Source: Giardia intestinalis
Lineage: Eukaryota
Reading direction: 5' to 3' (one strand)
Assembly: GCA_000002435.2 (NCBI GenBank)
Contig: CM018793.1
Length of the DNA stretch: 64,000 nt
The position numbers and the translations under genes are program-made. A model generated the notes under the pieces. The model searched no databases and had not been told where the DNA came from. It saw only the letters and a list, made by a program, of their open reading frames with translations. Shown one piece after another: positions 8,792 through 18,576 of this stretch (positions within the stretch are counted from its first letter, which is position 1; each line of letters begins with the position of its first letter).

Positions 8792-11452
8792 TTACAAGTT
8801 GTTTGAGTGGACATGTCCTTGTATAACCTCAATAATTCGTTCGGAAAGATTGACATCTTTGTAGACAGAGCCATCAGTTGCATAGTAAATGGCCGAGCGA
8901 CCACGCTGATCTAAAATATGCGCTTCCAAGGGTGAAAGTTCCTGAACAATACGCAAATACCCTAGCTGCGCTGCCATCATCAAAGCTGTGTGCCCTTTGG
9001 ACGTCTGTGCCCCTGCTTCATAAGGTAGCAATACTCGAACAATATCTAGTTGGTCTAGTTCGGCAGCCACCATGAGTGCGGTGCGTCCATTCTGGTCGCG
9101 AATGTTGGAGAGCCGGGGAGCGAGTAAATATACAGCGGCTAGATTGTTCATGGGTACAAATCCATGAAGTGTGGCTCCACGGTTGCATTGGTCATGGAGT
9201 ACATTGGATACTCGCACCAACTTTGATCGCAAATACTCAGACAAGTGATAATTTCTGGCCTGAATGGTCACTTCGAGAACCTCGAGCCAGATTCCATCGG
9301 CGTCTTCATGTAGAATGTCATGCCGCAGACACGCTTTAGAAAATAACTCGCGAAGCAAGGTCTCTTCACATGGAATAATAGAATTCAGTTTTCGCTGTGT
9401 CACAAAGCTAACAATATACGGGTTGTCAGCCGACTCCTTGCTTTCCTCGATATCCCTAAGAACTTTATCGCGTTCACAAAGAGCTCGCTGATATAAAATG
9501 CATGCCACTCTCTCCATATTGCCAACCCCCTCTTTCCGATGGTCACTGATAACATCGCAATCGGCTAGAGGAATTTGTGCAAGGCATTGATTTAGCTCAG
9601 CAATGGCCTTATCCTTTTCTAGTAGTTCTTCTGTTAGCCGAGCTATTAGTGTCTGGGCCTCAGCAAGTGAACCTTCAAGTTCTGCTCCTGGTTGTGATTG
9701 TGATTGTGGTTGTGGTTGTGGTTGCAATGCTTGGATCTCTTCAGTGCGAGCATTTGATGGCTCAGCTTGACGCTCGAGTTGATGAAAGTTGGCCACACTG
9801 AACTCAGAAGGGTATAGAACGGAAGCGCCTGGTTGTTGAAGGGCTTCTTGCAAGAGAATGCTCAGGCGTGTGGGGTCCACCACTCGTAAATGCACACCAG
9901 GACCAACACACTCCACCTGCACGCCGTGGTCAGCTAACTGTTCTATCAGTTTGGTCAGGCTACAGGCATCATCGTCTGCTGCAGCCTTTTTGCCTTCCTC
10001 TTCTTCTAAATAGCTGTATATGGTCATTGTATCGATCATTCTTGTTTCTACATCATTGTGAGCTGCTAAAGGGATTAAGTCTGAGGTGCAACATTCAATG
10101 GAAGGTTCTTGAACATCCTGAGGATGTGTAGGGTCAGTCTGCTTAGTATCGCTCTCTGCAGCTGTTTGTCGTAGTAAAGTAATACTTTGTTTGAGCTGCT
10201 GCAACTCCGTGTTCAGGGCGTCCCGCTCATTCTGAACGACTGAAAGCCTATCGCGTATCGCTTCTGCTTCCGCTATGGCATCAAGACATGATCTTCTTAA
10301 TGTTTGTATTTCTGTACTAGCAATCTCCGTCAGTACGGAGACCTTAGCAAAGTTTTGCGAGATTATGGAAGACTCTAGGCCCAATGTCAGCAAATTAGAC
10401 TTTAGTATTGAATACTCTGAAAGCATCTGCTTGCAAATTGATTCAGCGTCGGCAGAAGCAGCAAGATTATCCTTAATCTGCGCCTCCTCAGACATATTTG
10501 GAGTCTCCACAGCGTTTGAAGTTAGTGTTAAGGATATAGGATGTACCATCTGGCCGGATGCTTGAGTAGCTGCGGTCAATTCTGTTGTGAGCCGTGCTAT
10601 TTCTTCTTCCTTTTCACACAGTTGTTTTTCCTGGGTCTTCAGCTGTTCAGTAAGGCTGCGGAGCTTTGTGTCCATAGTTTCATAGCTCTGTTTCTCGTTA
10701 CTCAGTATACTAGAAATAATGTCCTGATATTTTCTAGATTGAGATTGCTCTTTCAAGAGCTCTGCTTGAAGTGCTTTAACGGCCTCCTGTAGCATCGATT
10801 TGGTAGCCCGCGCCATCCACTCCTCCGTTAGCGTATGCGTACCCATACCAGAAGTTGCCGTAGCAATGGATTCACCGGTCTTTTTGTCCAAAGCAGAAGC
10901 AGATCCTGTTTGTACTTGTTCGGATTGATCTGCTAAGGACTCCGGCTGAATGGCTCTTGCAGACTGCTTCCGGTGTGCAAGCATCTCTACTATACGATTG
11001 TACTGAGCTGAGGTGGGTGAATGCACCGACTGAAGTACCTTCTCAACGTGTTCAGAACCAAGCTCCTCATCCCGCAGAAGAAGTTCCACTATGGAATATG
11101 CACTGGCTTCAATGGCTCTTTCCATCATGTCGACTTTCGATACTATCTGGGCAGATAGCAAATGTGGACACAGCAGGGCAAAGATATCAGCCTCATCGTT
11201 CCGCAGACATGCTTTCATGCCTTGAGTAAGTGAAGTCAGTATGGCAGTTCGCTTCTTCTCGTCACAGGCGGTCCGAAGAGTGTTGGCATAAAGATTGCAG
11301 ATTGCCGCTATGGCTTCTTTATTCGCATATAGCACTGCAATAGTTAAACTAGAATTGGTACCCTCATCCACTGCCAGAAAGTACTCCTCAAGGTGAGCCA
11401 TCACGTAGGTATTGTCTGCCCGCTTCAGCGCCGAGAACCATTGGTCACTCAT
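8792..11452 (-). CDS. Ankyrin-repeat plus coiled-coil protein (21.1-like), 886 aa, with an internal (PQ/SQ)n low-complexity linker.
   Basis: GRTALMVAAELDQLDIVRVLLPYEAG..GHTALMMAAQLGYLRIVQELSPLEA ankyrin motifs near the N-terminus. Long E/L/Q-rich coiled coil. QPQPQPQSQSQP encoded by a hexamer microsatellite. Confidence 0.8.
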   Translation of the reverse strand: MSDQWFSALKRADNTYVMAHLEEYFLAVDEGTNSSLTIAVLYANKEAIAAICNLYANTLRTACDEKKRTAILTSLTQGMKACLRNDEADIFALLCPHLLSAQIVSKVDMMERAIEASAYSIVELLLRDEELGSEHVEKVLQSVHSPTSAQYNRIVEMLAHRKQSARAIQPESLADQSEQVQTGSASALDKKTGESIATATSGMGTHTLTEEWMARATKSMLQEAVKALQAELLKEQSQSRKYQDIISSILSNEKQSYETMDTKLRSLTEQLKTQEKQLCEKEEEIARLTTELTAATQASGQMVHPISLTLTSNAVETPNMSEEAQIKDNLAASADAESICKQMLSEYSILKSNLLTLGLESSIISQNFAKVSVLTEIASTEIQTLRRSCLDAIAEAEAIRDRLSVVQNERDALNTELQQLKQSITLLRQTAAESDTKQTDPTHPQDVQEPSIECCTSDLIPLAAHNDVETRMIDTMTIYSYLEEEEGKKAAADDDACSLTKLIEQLADHGVQVECVGPGVHLRVVDPTRLSILLQEALQQPGASVLYPSEFSVANFHQLERQAEPSNARTEEIQALQPQPQPQSQSQPGAELEGSLAEAQTLIARLTEELLEKDKAIAELNQCLAQIPLADCDVISDHRKEGVGNMERVACILYQRALCERDKVLRDIEESKESADNPYIVSFVTQRKLNSIIPCEETLLRELFSKACLRHDILHEDADGIWLEVLEVTIQARNYHLSEYLRSKLVRVSNVLHDQCNRGATLHGFVPMNNLAAVYLLAPRLSNIRDQNGRTALMVAAELDQLDIVRVLLPYEAGAQTSKGHTALMMAAQLGYLRIVQELSPLEAHILDQRGRSAIYYATDGSVYKDVNLSERIIEVIQGHVHSNNL
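9688..9725. repeat. Coding hexanucleotide microsatellite (GTTGTG/GATTGT)n, ~6 units, encoding (PQ/SQ)n on the minus strand.
   Basis: ggttgtgattgtgattgtggttgtggttgtggttg read directly at 9689-9724. Confidence 0.8.
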
Positions 11453-11534
11453 GTCTTATGTGGACAACAAATTTGGCATATTCCATTGAAGTTGCAAAGA
11501 AGTTTTAACTTTAAGCTTTAGCAATAATTCGACT

Positions 11535-14500
11535 ATGGAAGAACTGCTGGCGACCATCATACTTCATGGCTCTGCTGGGGAGTTTGGACGGATATCTGCT
11601 TTGTTGGAAGAGACTGCTCAAGATGGTAGCTTCAGTGCAGATGTTCGCAGCCTCCTGCGTGCAGCCCTGGACCTCCGCTTTGACGAGATTAAGCTGGGCA
11701 TGAGCGCTCTCCGCCAACACACCTCTGAAAAGCTGGCTACCATTGCCCTGTTTATTGAGTTTGTTTATTTGAGCTCTTGTCCTCTAAAGGATAACGACAG
11801 AATAGAAGTCTTACAAAAATCCTTAGAGCTGGACTTCATCTCCATCACACTCCCTCTTCTGCTTACTATGCTTGCTGCGTCTATTATGTTCAACCCCTCT
11901 GCATTATTGCCATTTTCTAATATGATAGAAAACAAAACTGACGGGATCCTTGCCTGCTGTGCACTAGCAATCCTTTTATCGGAGGATGTACCTGACAAGT
12001 TTCACGATAAACTGAATGATTATATGAGTCCTTGCCTTAAATCGTTGTCTTCTCCTGTCATCGCTCTAGCAAACACTATGTTTTATCTTAAGTCGGATAT
12101 TTCTGCTCTTAGAGAATACCTGCCGATGGTCACAGCTCGCTATACACGCATCGGGATAGTGCTCAAGGACCTTCAGTCCCTTGTCCTCTTCGACCCATCT
12201 GCTTATGACTCTGCTGTTGAAGTCTATCGATCCACTTTACCTCCAGGCATGCAGCTCATAGATCATATCAAGCAGTCGCACTTCCCATATTCTAAAGCCA
12301 ATCAGCTTGGAGCACTGCTATCTATCGCCTGCTTTAACACAGAGTCGGATCTGAATTCAGTGCTATTTACAGCAGGAAGGCATGTTTTGCTAAAAGACAT
12401 AGGGAACGTGCATTCTCCACAGCAGCTCAGTGCTGTATGCAGCTTCCTTGTTGGGATGTTGCGTTCATGTCCACTTGTCTCTGTCTGTGACACGCTGAGA
12501 GATCTTCTTGCAGAAGTACTGAGTGATCCGAAGTTGCAGCGCACCTATAAGACCCCGCTTCAGATTCTGAAGGCATACTTATCATCAGCGAAGGCTCTGC
12601 TGCATCACGTTAATGGAAGTGATGCCGATGCAAAGACTGTCTCAGAAGAGGCATTGGCAGAGATAAAGCAGGTTACAGAGCGATTGGACTGTTCCCTTGC
12701 AGAGATCTCTATATTGGGCGTGGACAAGAACAGTCTTTTGCTAACCATAGAAGACCTAAATATCCTCGTGTTATCTCTTTCGGGGAACCATGACAAAGCC
12801 GTCAGCAAAGCGCACATGTTGGCCGATCTCGACATCGACACTAGCCTTGCAGAGCTAGATGCTCCTGCATCTCCCAGCAAGCTTCTGGCAAACGAGAGCT
12901 CTTCAAGAAGTCAATCTTCACAAGAGATTGGGCGAAATTATGTTAGTAGCCATGCTGCGATGAATGTGATTCTATCTTCTATGTCCTCCGCACACCCAGC
13001 TCGCAAGTCTCTCTTTTCAATTATGCACGGCATCCTTCCATCTCTTATTGCCAAGGCGAAGAACCCCCTCGCGAATATGATTGGTGTCGGACCACTGCAT
13101 GCCAATGTGTGCTACTCTACTCTCTTTCCTGATACACTTGCCCTTACAGTACTAAGCAAATACATTATTCATACATTGAAAACAGGCCAGGACGGGCCAC
13201 TACTAGATAATGAAGCCAAGATCCTAACAACAAGCTACAACATCATCCTTTCTCTCTTGATAAGCTCTCCAACTCTGCGGCTGGCCAATCTCCACTTGCT
13301 GAGCTTCTTGCAGGAGCATCACTCTGTCATAAAGCATCTGTATGCCCTCTCTTCTTTGGCATCAGAGCACGGTTTTGTGGGCCTGACAACGGACGAGCTG
13401 TTCCTTGCAGCGACATCGAGTAATGTTATAGGTAACACGAAAGAGGTCCAGCTCTTTCTTTCACAGGCTGTCTTACTAGATCCATCTATCGAGCAGACTC
13501 CCAAGTTTGCCAGCGTTGTTTCGAAAATCTATTCTGCTCGTGGAGACTGGAGCCAAGCCATCAAGTCCCTCTCTACAATATTAACCAGCAAGATCATCAC
13601 CTTAAAGGATGACTCTCTTGCCAATACAGAACTATTACCATTACGAGTTCACATTGCGCTTTTAAAACTCCGTCTTTTTGATGAGAGTGGGTATCATGAC
13701 TTGAAGGCGTACCTGTCTGCAGTCGATTCCGAGCTTACATCCCAGGGCAGGCGTCTCAACCCACTATCTATTGAGCCGTACAACTCTAACTTGTTCTATG
13801 TCCACATGCAGTTGTCATATCTACTTTCTAAAATGACTGTCTTCTGTCTTATTAACGCTGGCGTGGCGCAAGTCTTTAACCTTACAGATGCATCTGAAAA
13901 CCTGTTCACCGCACTGCAGACTGAATATGCTCTTTCTTTTCTTGACTCTGCGTCGGTGGTTGGAGATCTTCTTGATGCACTTACGGGAACTGATAAGAAC
14001 GCCCTACAACAAGCATCTACTTCCACCAATAGTTTCCCTTACCTTGGAGCAGCATATGGACCAGATCCTTTCCCTTTTACCGACATATTTGTTAATCCAA
14101 GTGCCACAAACATGGCATATTCGATGTCCAAATCCCTAGTGACGTCGGAAACCATGTCCTTGCACACAGCCTTAGCATTTGTTAAGCCGTACCTAAAGAC
14201 CAACAGAGAAATAGAAGACTTTGTGTGTCTCATCTCTCTTCATTTAAAAAACGATAAGGCGGCATACATACAGCACTTTCTTTTAGATAAGGATAAATCA
14301 CCGGGATCAGAGTCAGAGTTATCATATGACAATGCCTCTCCGTCGAAGCTCTTCTCACTGGCGTCTGCATACCAATTTGTTGGGAAGACCAAGGAGTCAT
14401 CCAGGTGCTTAGAGATTCTATTTACCAATCACAAGAAATATGCTAAGTCACTTTCTTTACGACCAGACTCTGCATTACTTTTCCAAGCTGTTATATCAAC

Positions 14501-17003
14501 TCTCTATGTCCGATCGCTTTGCAAAACACATTACTTTCTCAAGGCCGAGGCCATGCTAGTAGAACTCGTCACTACACTCCTGGAAACGTGGAATAGAGAT
14601 CTAACGGGGTACTCTCTATCGTACACTTTAGTTTTCTCAGAGCTGATCAGGCTTCTTTATCGCATGGGCAAAGAGGCAGATATCGCGCACCTGACAGATG
14701 CCACTGTTTTGAAGCTCACCTCTCAGTACCAGCTACCACAGACCGCAGACGTCTCTACAAATCACCTCCCTACTGATGTTGTTTTCCTGGCTGTCTATTC
14801 ACTTCGTTGCCGTATCGCTTTAAAGGATCCTGCAACTACTGTCGACGACAAAATCACGAAGCTTCAACTAGCAATTAACTGGTTCACCTCCTGTGTCGTG
14901 GTGAAGACAGGTAAGACACTTACAACCTTAGTGAGGCCGAAGGTTCTGATCCGTGACGGAGTGTTCTCGTCTAAAGAGTCAGCGATACACAATCCAGCTA
15001 TGTATCAGAACACGCAAGTGTCGAGCCCGCTGCTCGCATGCAAAGCACGAGTCCTCGCAGCCGAGATGTACCTAGAGCTCGCTTATGTATACTTGGAGTC
15101 CACCGGGATTCTTACCAACCAGGTTATTCAGCCAGACATTTCCCTTGATCCCGTGAAGAAGGGAATGGCTAAGAGTGCACTAGACTTTATAAAGCGTTCT
15201 ATCGATCTTTGCGAAAGCTCAAAGGCCTACCTGCTAGGTGCCGTATTATTCTCTGTAGTGGCAAATGACTATGTAACAGCAAACGAATATGTGAACCACG
15301 CTCTAGAGCTTCCCGTAGTCGATACTCTTGCAGAGGACTTTCATTCTCAACTCAAGCTAAAACTGAAAACAGAGGGCAATAATGAAACTGACATGGATGA
15401 TTTTAATGCAGATTTTCAAGGCTATACTGAGTCTGGTGCTGATGTTCAGGACGCTTTCAAAAGTCCGTTCGAGCAACTAGTACACAAGCTGAAAAGAGAT
15501 ATGACCTGCGATCGTGCATCCACCTTGGATACGTTCCTGATGCAGTCGTGCACCAGACAAGATCCGTGGAACCTTCATAATCTTCTTTTTGGGAAGGACA
15601 ATGACGTAGAAATGGCAGGGATGGTTCAATCAGATACGGAGACATCAGACGAACGCGGAGATGGCAGTGGATGTTACAAGGATGAGGACAACAATGATAG
15701 CAACGATTACGAATACGAAGAGGGCATGCCACTAGACTCCAAGGGAGTAAGAGTCTCTTATAATGCCGCATCTGCAGCAGAGGCAACCCTACTCGGCAGC
15801 ATGGCAAACAGTCAGTCATCACAGAATGCCCAGAGCGGCTCCAGTTTACTTGATGGATATTGGTTCCTAGGACTTGGCTTTATATGCATTAAAACGGGTC
15901 GCGTCAAGGACGGCGTCCCCTACTTAATAGCTTCTACAAAGCTGCACACCTTACAGGAATCATACAAGGCAAGAGCATACTTTGTATTGGGCACGACATA
16001 CCTCAACTCCACCCGCACACCATTGTTCGGATATCAGAGCGCCCTCACCACCAAGTCCACCTCTGCTGTGGCCATGCAGAAGATGGCCATGAAGCTATCC
16101 AAGTCCGGAGGAAACCCTGATGAAGAGAATGTAGACGAGACTGGGGACGGAGTTGTTCCGACGCTGGCGGCCATCGAGGCCCAGGAAGAGGATGTCAATA
16201 ATGCAGTCAAAAGCCTAAAGGAGCTGGAGAAACTGTCCTTCCGCAATGTGGCAGAAGCAGCGTCTCTCCACCTCGCGCTGCTATGTTATATAAAAGTAAC
16301 GGAATATAAACTCATAAAGGACAAGATCAATAGAGTTATGTTGGATGAAGGAAAGGGCGCTAAGGTCAAAGTGGTGCCTTTGGAATCTAAGAAGGACAAA
16401 ATCAAGGATGATCTAGAAGCGGCAAAAGATGACTTATTGTCAGCAATAGAAGAAATGTCCGATATGACCCCCAATATCATCGTCTTACTGACCTGCCTTG
16501 GAATCGTTTTTACCCACTTGAAGAATCATCCCAGAGCCCGCAACCAGTTCAAGCGGGCTGCAGGCATCATCCCCAGCGTCAACGAGATTATAGCCACTAA
16601 TCAGGTGACAAGATGGTTGGACTTAGACGCTGCTGTCTCGGCTAATTTAGCTCTAGCAGACCTATACATCACAACAGGGAAGTTATCAAATGCTATTAAG
16701 AGTCTCGAGGCCATCTCTCAGCAGGACCACTTGAATGCTATCTCCTACGAGCTTTACGGCCTCGTGATGGAGAAGGAAGCCAGCTACAATGATGCATGTA
16801 AGTACTACGAATCAGCTTGGCTTCTAAGCAGAGGCGCATCGACAGTGGCGTTCCGTTTGGCGTACAACTATATCAAGAGCAACAGATATGAAGATGCTGT
16901 TGTCATGTGCCAGCTAGCACTGCGAGAATGGTCTGACTATGCTAGGCTAAGGAAGGAGGTCCTATACCTGGCAGAGCGTCGCCTCCGCACAAGCTCTATA
17001 TAA
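11535..17003 (+). CDS. Very large (1822 aa) predominantly alpha-helical protein of unknown function with a C-terminal TPR-like region and an internal acidic D/E/N patch.
   Basis: Uninterrupted 5.5-kb ORF. AT-rich tract immediately 5' of the ATG. The C-terminal AISYELYGLVMEKEASYNDACKYYESAWLLSRGASTVAFRLAYNYIKSNRYEDAVVMCQLALREW has TPR-like A/Y/L spacing. No catalytic motif recognised. Confidence 0.6.
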   Translation: MEELLATIILHGSAGEFGRISALLEETAQDGSFSADVRSLLRAALDLRFDEIKLGMSALRQHTSEKLATIALFIEFVYLSSCPLKDNDRIEVLQKSLELDFISITLPLLLTMLAASIMFNPSALLPFSNMIENKTDGILACCALAILLSEDVPDKFHDKLNDYMSPCLKSLSSPVIALANTMFYLKSDISALREYLPMVTARYTRIGIVLKDLQSLVLFDPSAYDSAVEVYRSTLPPGMQLIDHIKQSHFPYSKANQLGALLSIACFNTESDLNSVLFTAGRHVLLKDIGNVHSPQQLSAVCSFLVGMLRSCPLVSVCDTLRDLLAEVLSDPKLQRTYKTPLQILKAYLSSAKALLHHVNGSDADAKTVSEEALAEIKQVTERLDCSLAEISILGVDKNSLLLTIEDLNILVLSLSGNHDKAVSKAHMLADLDIDTSLAELDAPASPSKLLANESSSRSQSSQEIGRNYVSSHAAMNVILSSMSSAHPARKSLFSIMHGILPSLIAKAKNPLANMIGVGPLHANVCYSTLFPDTLALTVLSKYIIHTLKTGQDGPLLDNEAKILTTSYNIILSLLISSPTLRLANLHLLSFLQEHHSVIKHLYALSSLASEHGFVGLTTDELFLAATSSNVIGNTKEVQLFLSQAVLLDPSIEQTPKFASVVSKIYSARGDWSQAIKSLSTILTSKIITLKDDSLANTELLPLRVHIALLKLRLFDESGYHDLKAYLSAVDSELTSQGRRLNPLSIEPYNSNLFYVHMQLSYLLSKMTVFCLINAGVAQVFNLTDASENLFTALQTEYALSFLDSASVVGDLLDALTGTDKNALQQASTSTNSFPYLGAAYGPDPFPFTDIFVNPSATNMAYSMSKSLVTSETMSLHTALAFVKPYLKTNREIEDFVCLISLHLKNDKAAYIQHFLLDKDKSPGSESELSYDNASPSKLFSLASAYQFVGKTKESSRCLEILFTNHKKYAKSLSLRPDSALLFQAVISTLYVRSLCKTHYFLKAEAMLVELVTTLLETWNRDLTGYSLSYTLVFSELIRLLYRMGKEADIAHLTDATVLKLTSQYQLPQTADVSTNHLPTDVVFLAVYSLRCRIALKDPATTVDDKITKLQLAINWFTSCVVVKTGKTLTTLVRPKVLIRDGVFSSKESAIHNPAMYQNTQVSSPLLACKARVLAAEMYLELAYVYLESTGILTNQVIQPDISLDPVKKGMAKSALDFIKRSIDLCESSKAYLLGAVLFSVVANDYVTANEYVNHALELPVVDTLAEDFHSQLKLKLKTEGNNETDMDDFNADFQGYTESGADVQDAFKSPFEQLVHKLKRDMTCDRASTLDTFLMQSCTRQDPWNLHNLLFGKDNDVEMAGMVQSDTETSDERGDGSGCYKDEDNNDSNDYEYEEGMPLDSKGVRVSYNAASAAEATLLGSMANSQSSQNAQSGSSLLDGYWFLGLGFICIKTGRVKDGVPYLIASTKLHTLQESYKARAYFVLGTTYLNSTRTPLFGYQSALTTKSTSAVAMQKMAMKLSKSGGNPDEENVDETGDGVVPTLAAIEAQEEDVNNAVKSLKELEKLSFRNVAEAASLHLALLCYIKVTEYKLIKDKINRVMLDEGKGAKVKVVPLESKKDKIKDDLEAAKDDLLSAIEEMSDMTPNIIVLLTCLGIVFTHLKNHPRARNQFKRAAGIIPSVNEIIATNQVTRWLDLDAAVSANLALADLYITTGKLSNAIKSLEAISQQDHLNAISYELYGLVMEKEASYNDACKYYESAWLLSRGASTVAFRLAYNYIKSNRYEDAVVMCQLALREWSDYARLRKEVLYLAERRLRTSSI

Positions 17004-17121
17004 CCGAGCATCTGATAAAGACCTTGATTGATAATCAACTAGACATTATTAAAACTTTATGAGATCCTAATGAACGGCTAATGCACTGCCTCGGCCTCTG
17101 CAAAGAAGCTTCCTATATTAT

Positions 17122-18297
17122 TTACGAGCCAATCTCACCAAGTACCGACTTGAATACGGGATAGGTGGAAGGAAAACTATCGCGAGGAAGAAATCCTAAG
17201 AGCTCTTCTGCTAGTGGTCGATCCTGGGGGTCGGGAGACATGCACTTCCCGATTATAATAGTAAGGAGGAGAGAATAACAAGGATGAGCGGATGCTTGGC
17301 TATTGAACCTAGAGTCTAAGCATGCGTGATCGTCAGAGTAAGTAAACTGCTGACCTGGTATCCCCGGTACCGTGAAAATGTCCGTGTCTGTGGGCAGAGA
17401 TGGTGGTTCGGGGCTGCTCGGAAGGAGGAGCAAGCACATATCAGAAAGCAGTTTCCCCAGCGACCAGATATCAGACTGTGGCGTCACTTGCATAGTGGAT
17501 GAGCCTAGCAGCTCGGGGGCTAAGTACGACTGTTGCCCATAACACATAACGCTAGAAAGAGACTCCGTGGCCGGAAAAATATGGACCTTTCCGGCAACAG
17601 ACAGAAAGATATTGTAGGGGGTCACAAAATGGCATCTCCTCTCGATTTCAGACCTCGTGGTAAAGTCGTGGAGCTCGGCAAGCATCTCCGCAACAGCCAC
17701 GAGCAGAAACCAGATAAACTCCTCAGGAATGCTGACAGCTGCCTGGCGGTGCATGTGCATCAGGCTAGCCAGAGTGATTCCGTAGCACATTCTCGTCTCG
17801 ATAAGGAGAAGAGAATGTTCCGGCATAAGCTTAGCGGAAAGGATCTGAAGCATATGCGGGCATTGGAGCTCTGAGTACATTTCGTACTCATAAAGGATCA
17901 AATTACGAATATGCACTGGGACTTTTTCAAGCAAAAGAACGTGAATCTGAACGTTCTCGCCCTCCTTGCTGGTTATTGCTCGGCACTCTGTTGCTAAATA
18001 TCCGCAAATGTTTATAAGTGTACTAGGTCCAACTGCTACCGCATCGTGCACCTCCGCATCCATAGCACTGCTTTTTAAAGGTATTATAAAATCTGTGAAA
18101 GAATACAAAGTGTTATAACAAAGAACCTGTAAAGGAGCCACAATTGGGCTAGTAAGGGCTATAGGCCTGGAGAACCAACATGGTGCATTCGCAACAACGC
18201 AGGAAGAGAGGTGTCTAATTTTCGATGCCCTGTGATTGCTAACGATAAACCTCTGGACCTTGTTTATCTGCAAGTGCATCGATCTGTCTAATACCAC
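17122..18297 (-). CDS. NEK-like pseudokinase (degenerate protein kinase domain, predicted catalytically inactive).
   Basis: Kinase-like layout with conserved subdomain IX SDIWSLGKLL and an APE-like YLAPELL. The catalytic HRDLKxxN is replaced by HFVTPYNIFL and DFG by IFPATE. No glycine loop. Confidence 0.6.
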   Translation of the reverse strand: MVLDRSMHLQINKVQRFIVSNHRASKIRHLSSCVVANAPCWFSRPIALTSPIVAPLQVLCYNTLYSFTDFIIPLKSSAMDAEVHDAVAVGPSTLINICGYLATECRAITSKEGENVQIHVLLLEKVPVHIRNLILYEYEMYSELQCPHMLQILSAKLMPEHSLLLIETRMCYGITLASLMHMHRQAAVSIPEEFIWFLLVAVAEMLAELHDFTTRSEIERRCHFVTPYNIFLSVAGKVHIFPATESLSSVMCYGQQSYLAPELLGSSTMQVTPQSDIWSLGKLLSDMCLLLLPSSPEPPSLPTDTDIFTVPGIPGQQFTYSDDHACLDSRFNSQASAHPCYSLLLTIIIGKCMSPDPQDRPLAEELLGFLPRDSFPSTYPVFKSVLGEIGS

Positions 18298-18576
18298 ATA
18301 AGCACGGTATACATTTTATTTGGGGGTGCATACAAACAGTCATAAATTGTTATACATGTTGAGTTACCCCTTTATATCTCCACATGGATGACGCGTTGCG
18401 CTCTACCCTACCCTACTCCAAATTCCTCGGCACTTCTCTCTAGCGTGCTTCGTTGACGAACCCGTACCCGCACATCCTATTCTAAGTATAAAACCCAGCC
18501 TTAAATGCATGGACATCCACTCGTTTTCTTCCATCTGTAGTTCTTATAGCTCCGGCTGTTTACAGTCTTTACCTCT

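Noticed and set aside
8716-8904. 62-aa Cys-rich minus-strand ORF (..NGCNGTNGTNGCYKDCC) at the 3' end of the cysteine-rich protein gene.
   Set aside because: It is antisense to the C-terminal CxxC repeats and TM of 7156-8778 and to the intergenic spacer. The Cys richness is a mirror of the sense-strand repeats.
9688-9725. Hexamer repeats (and the CAA/CAG tract at 60656-60693) considered as possible CRISPR-like or satellite arrays.
   Set aside because: They are short in-frame coding microsatellites that give PQ/SQ and polyQ tracts, not spaced direct repeats, and the locus is eukaryotic.
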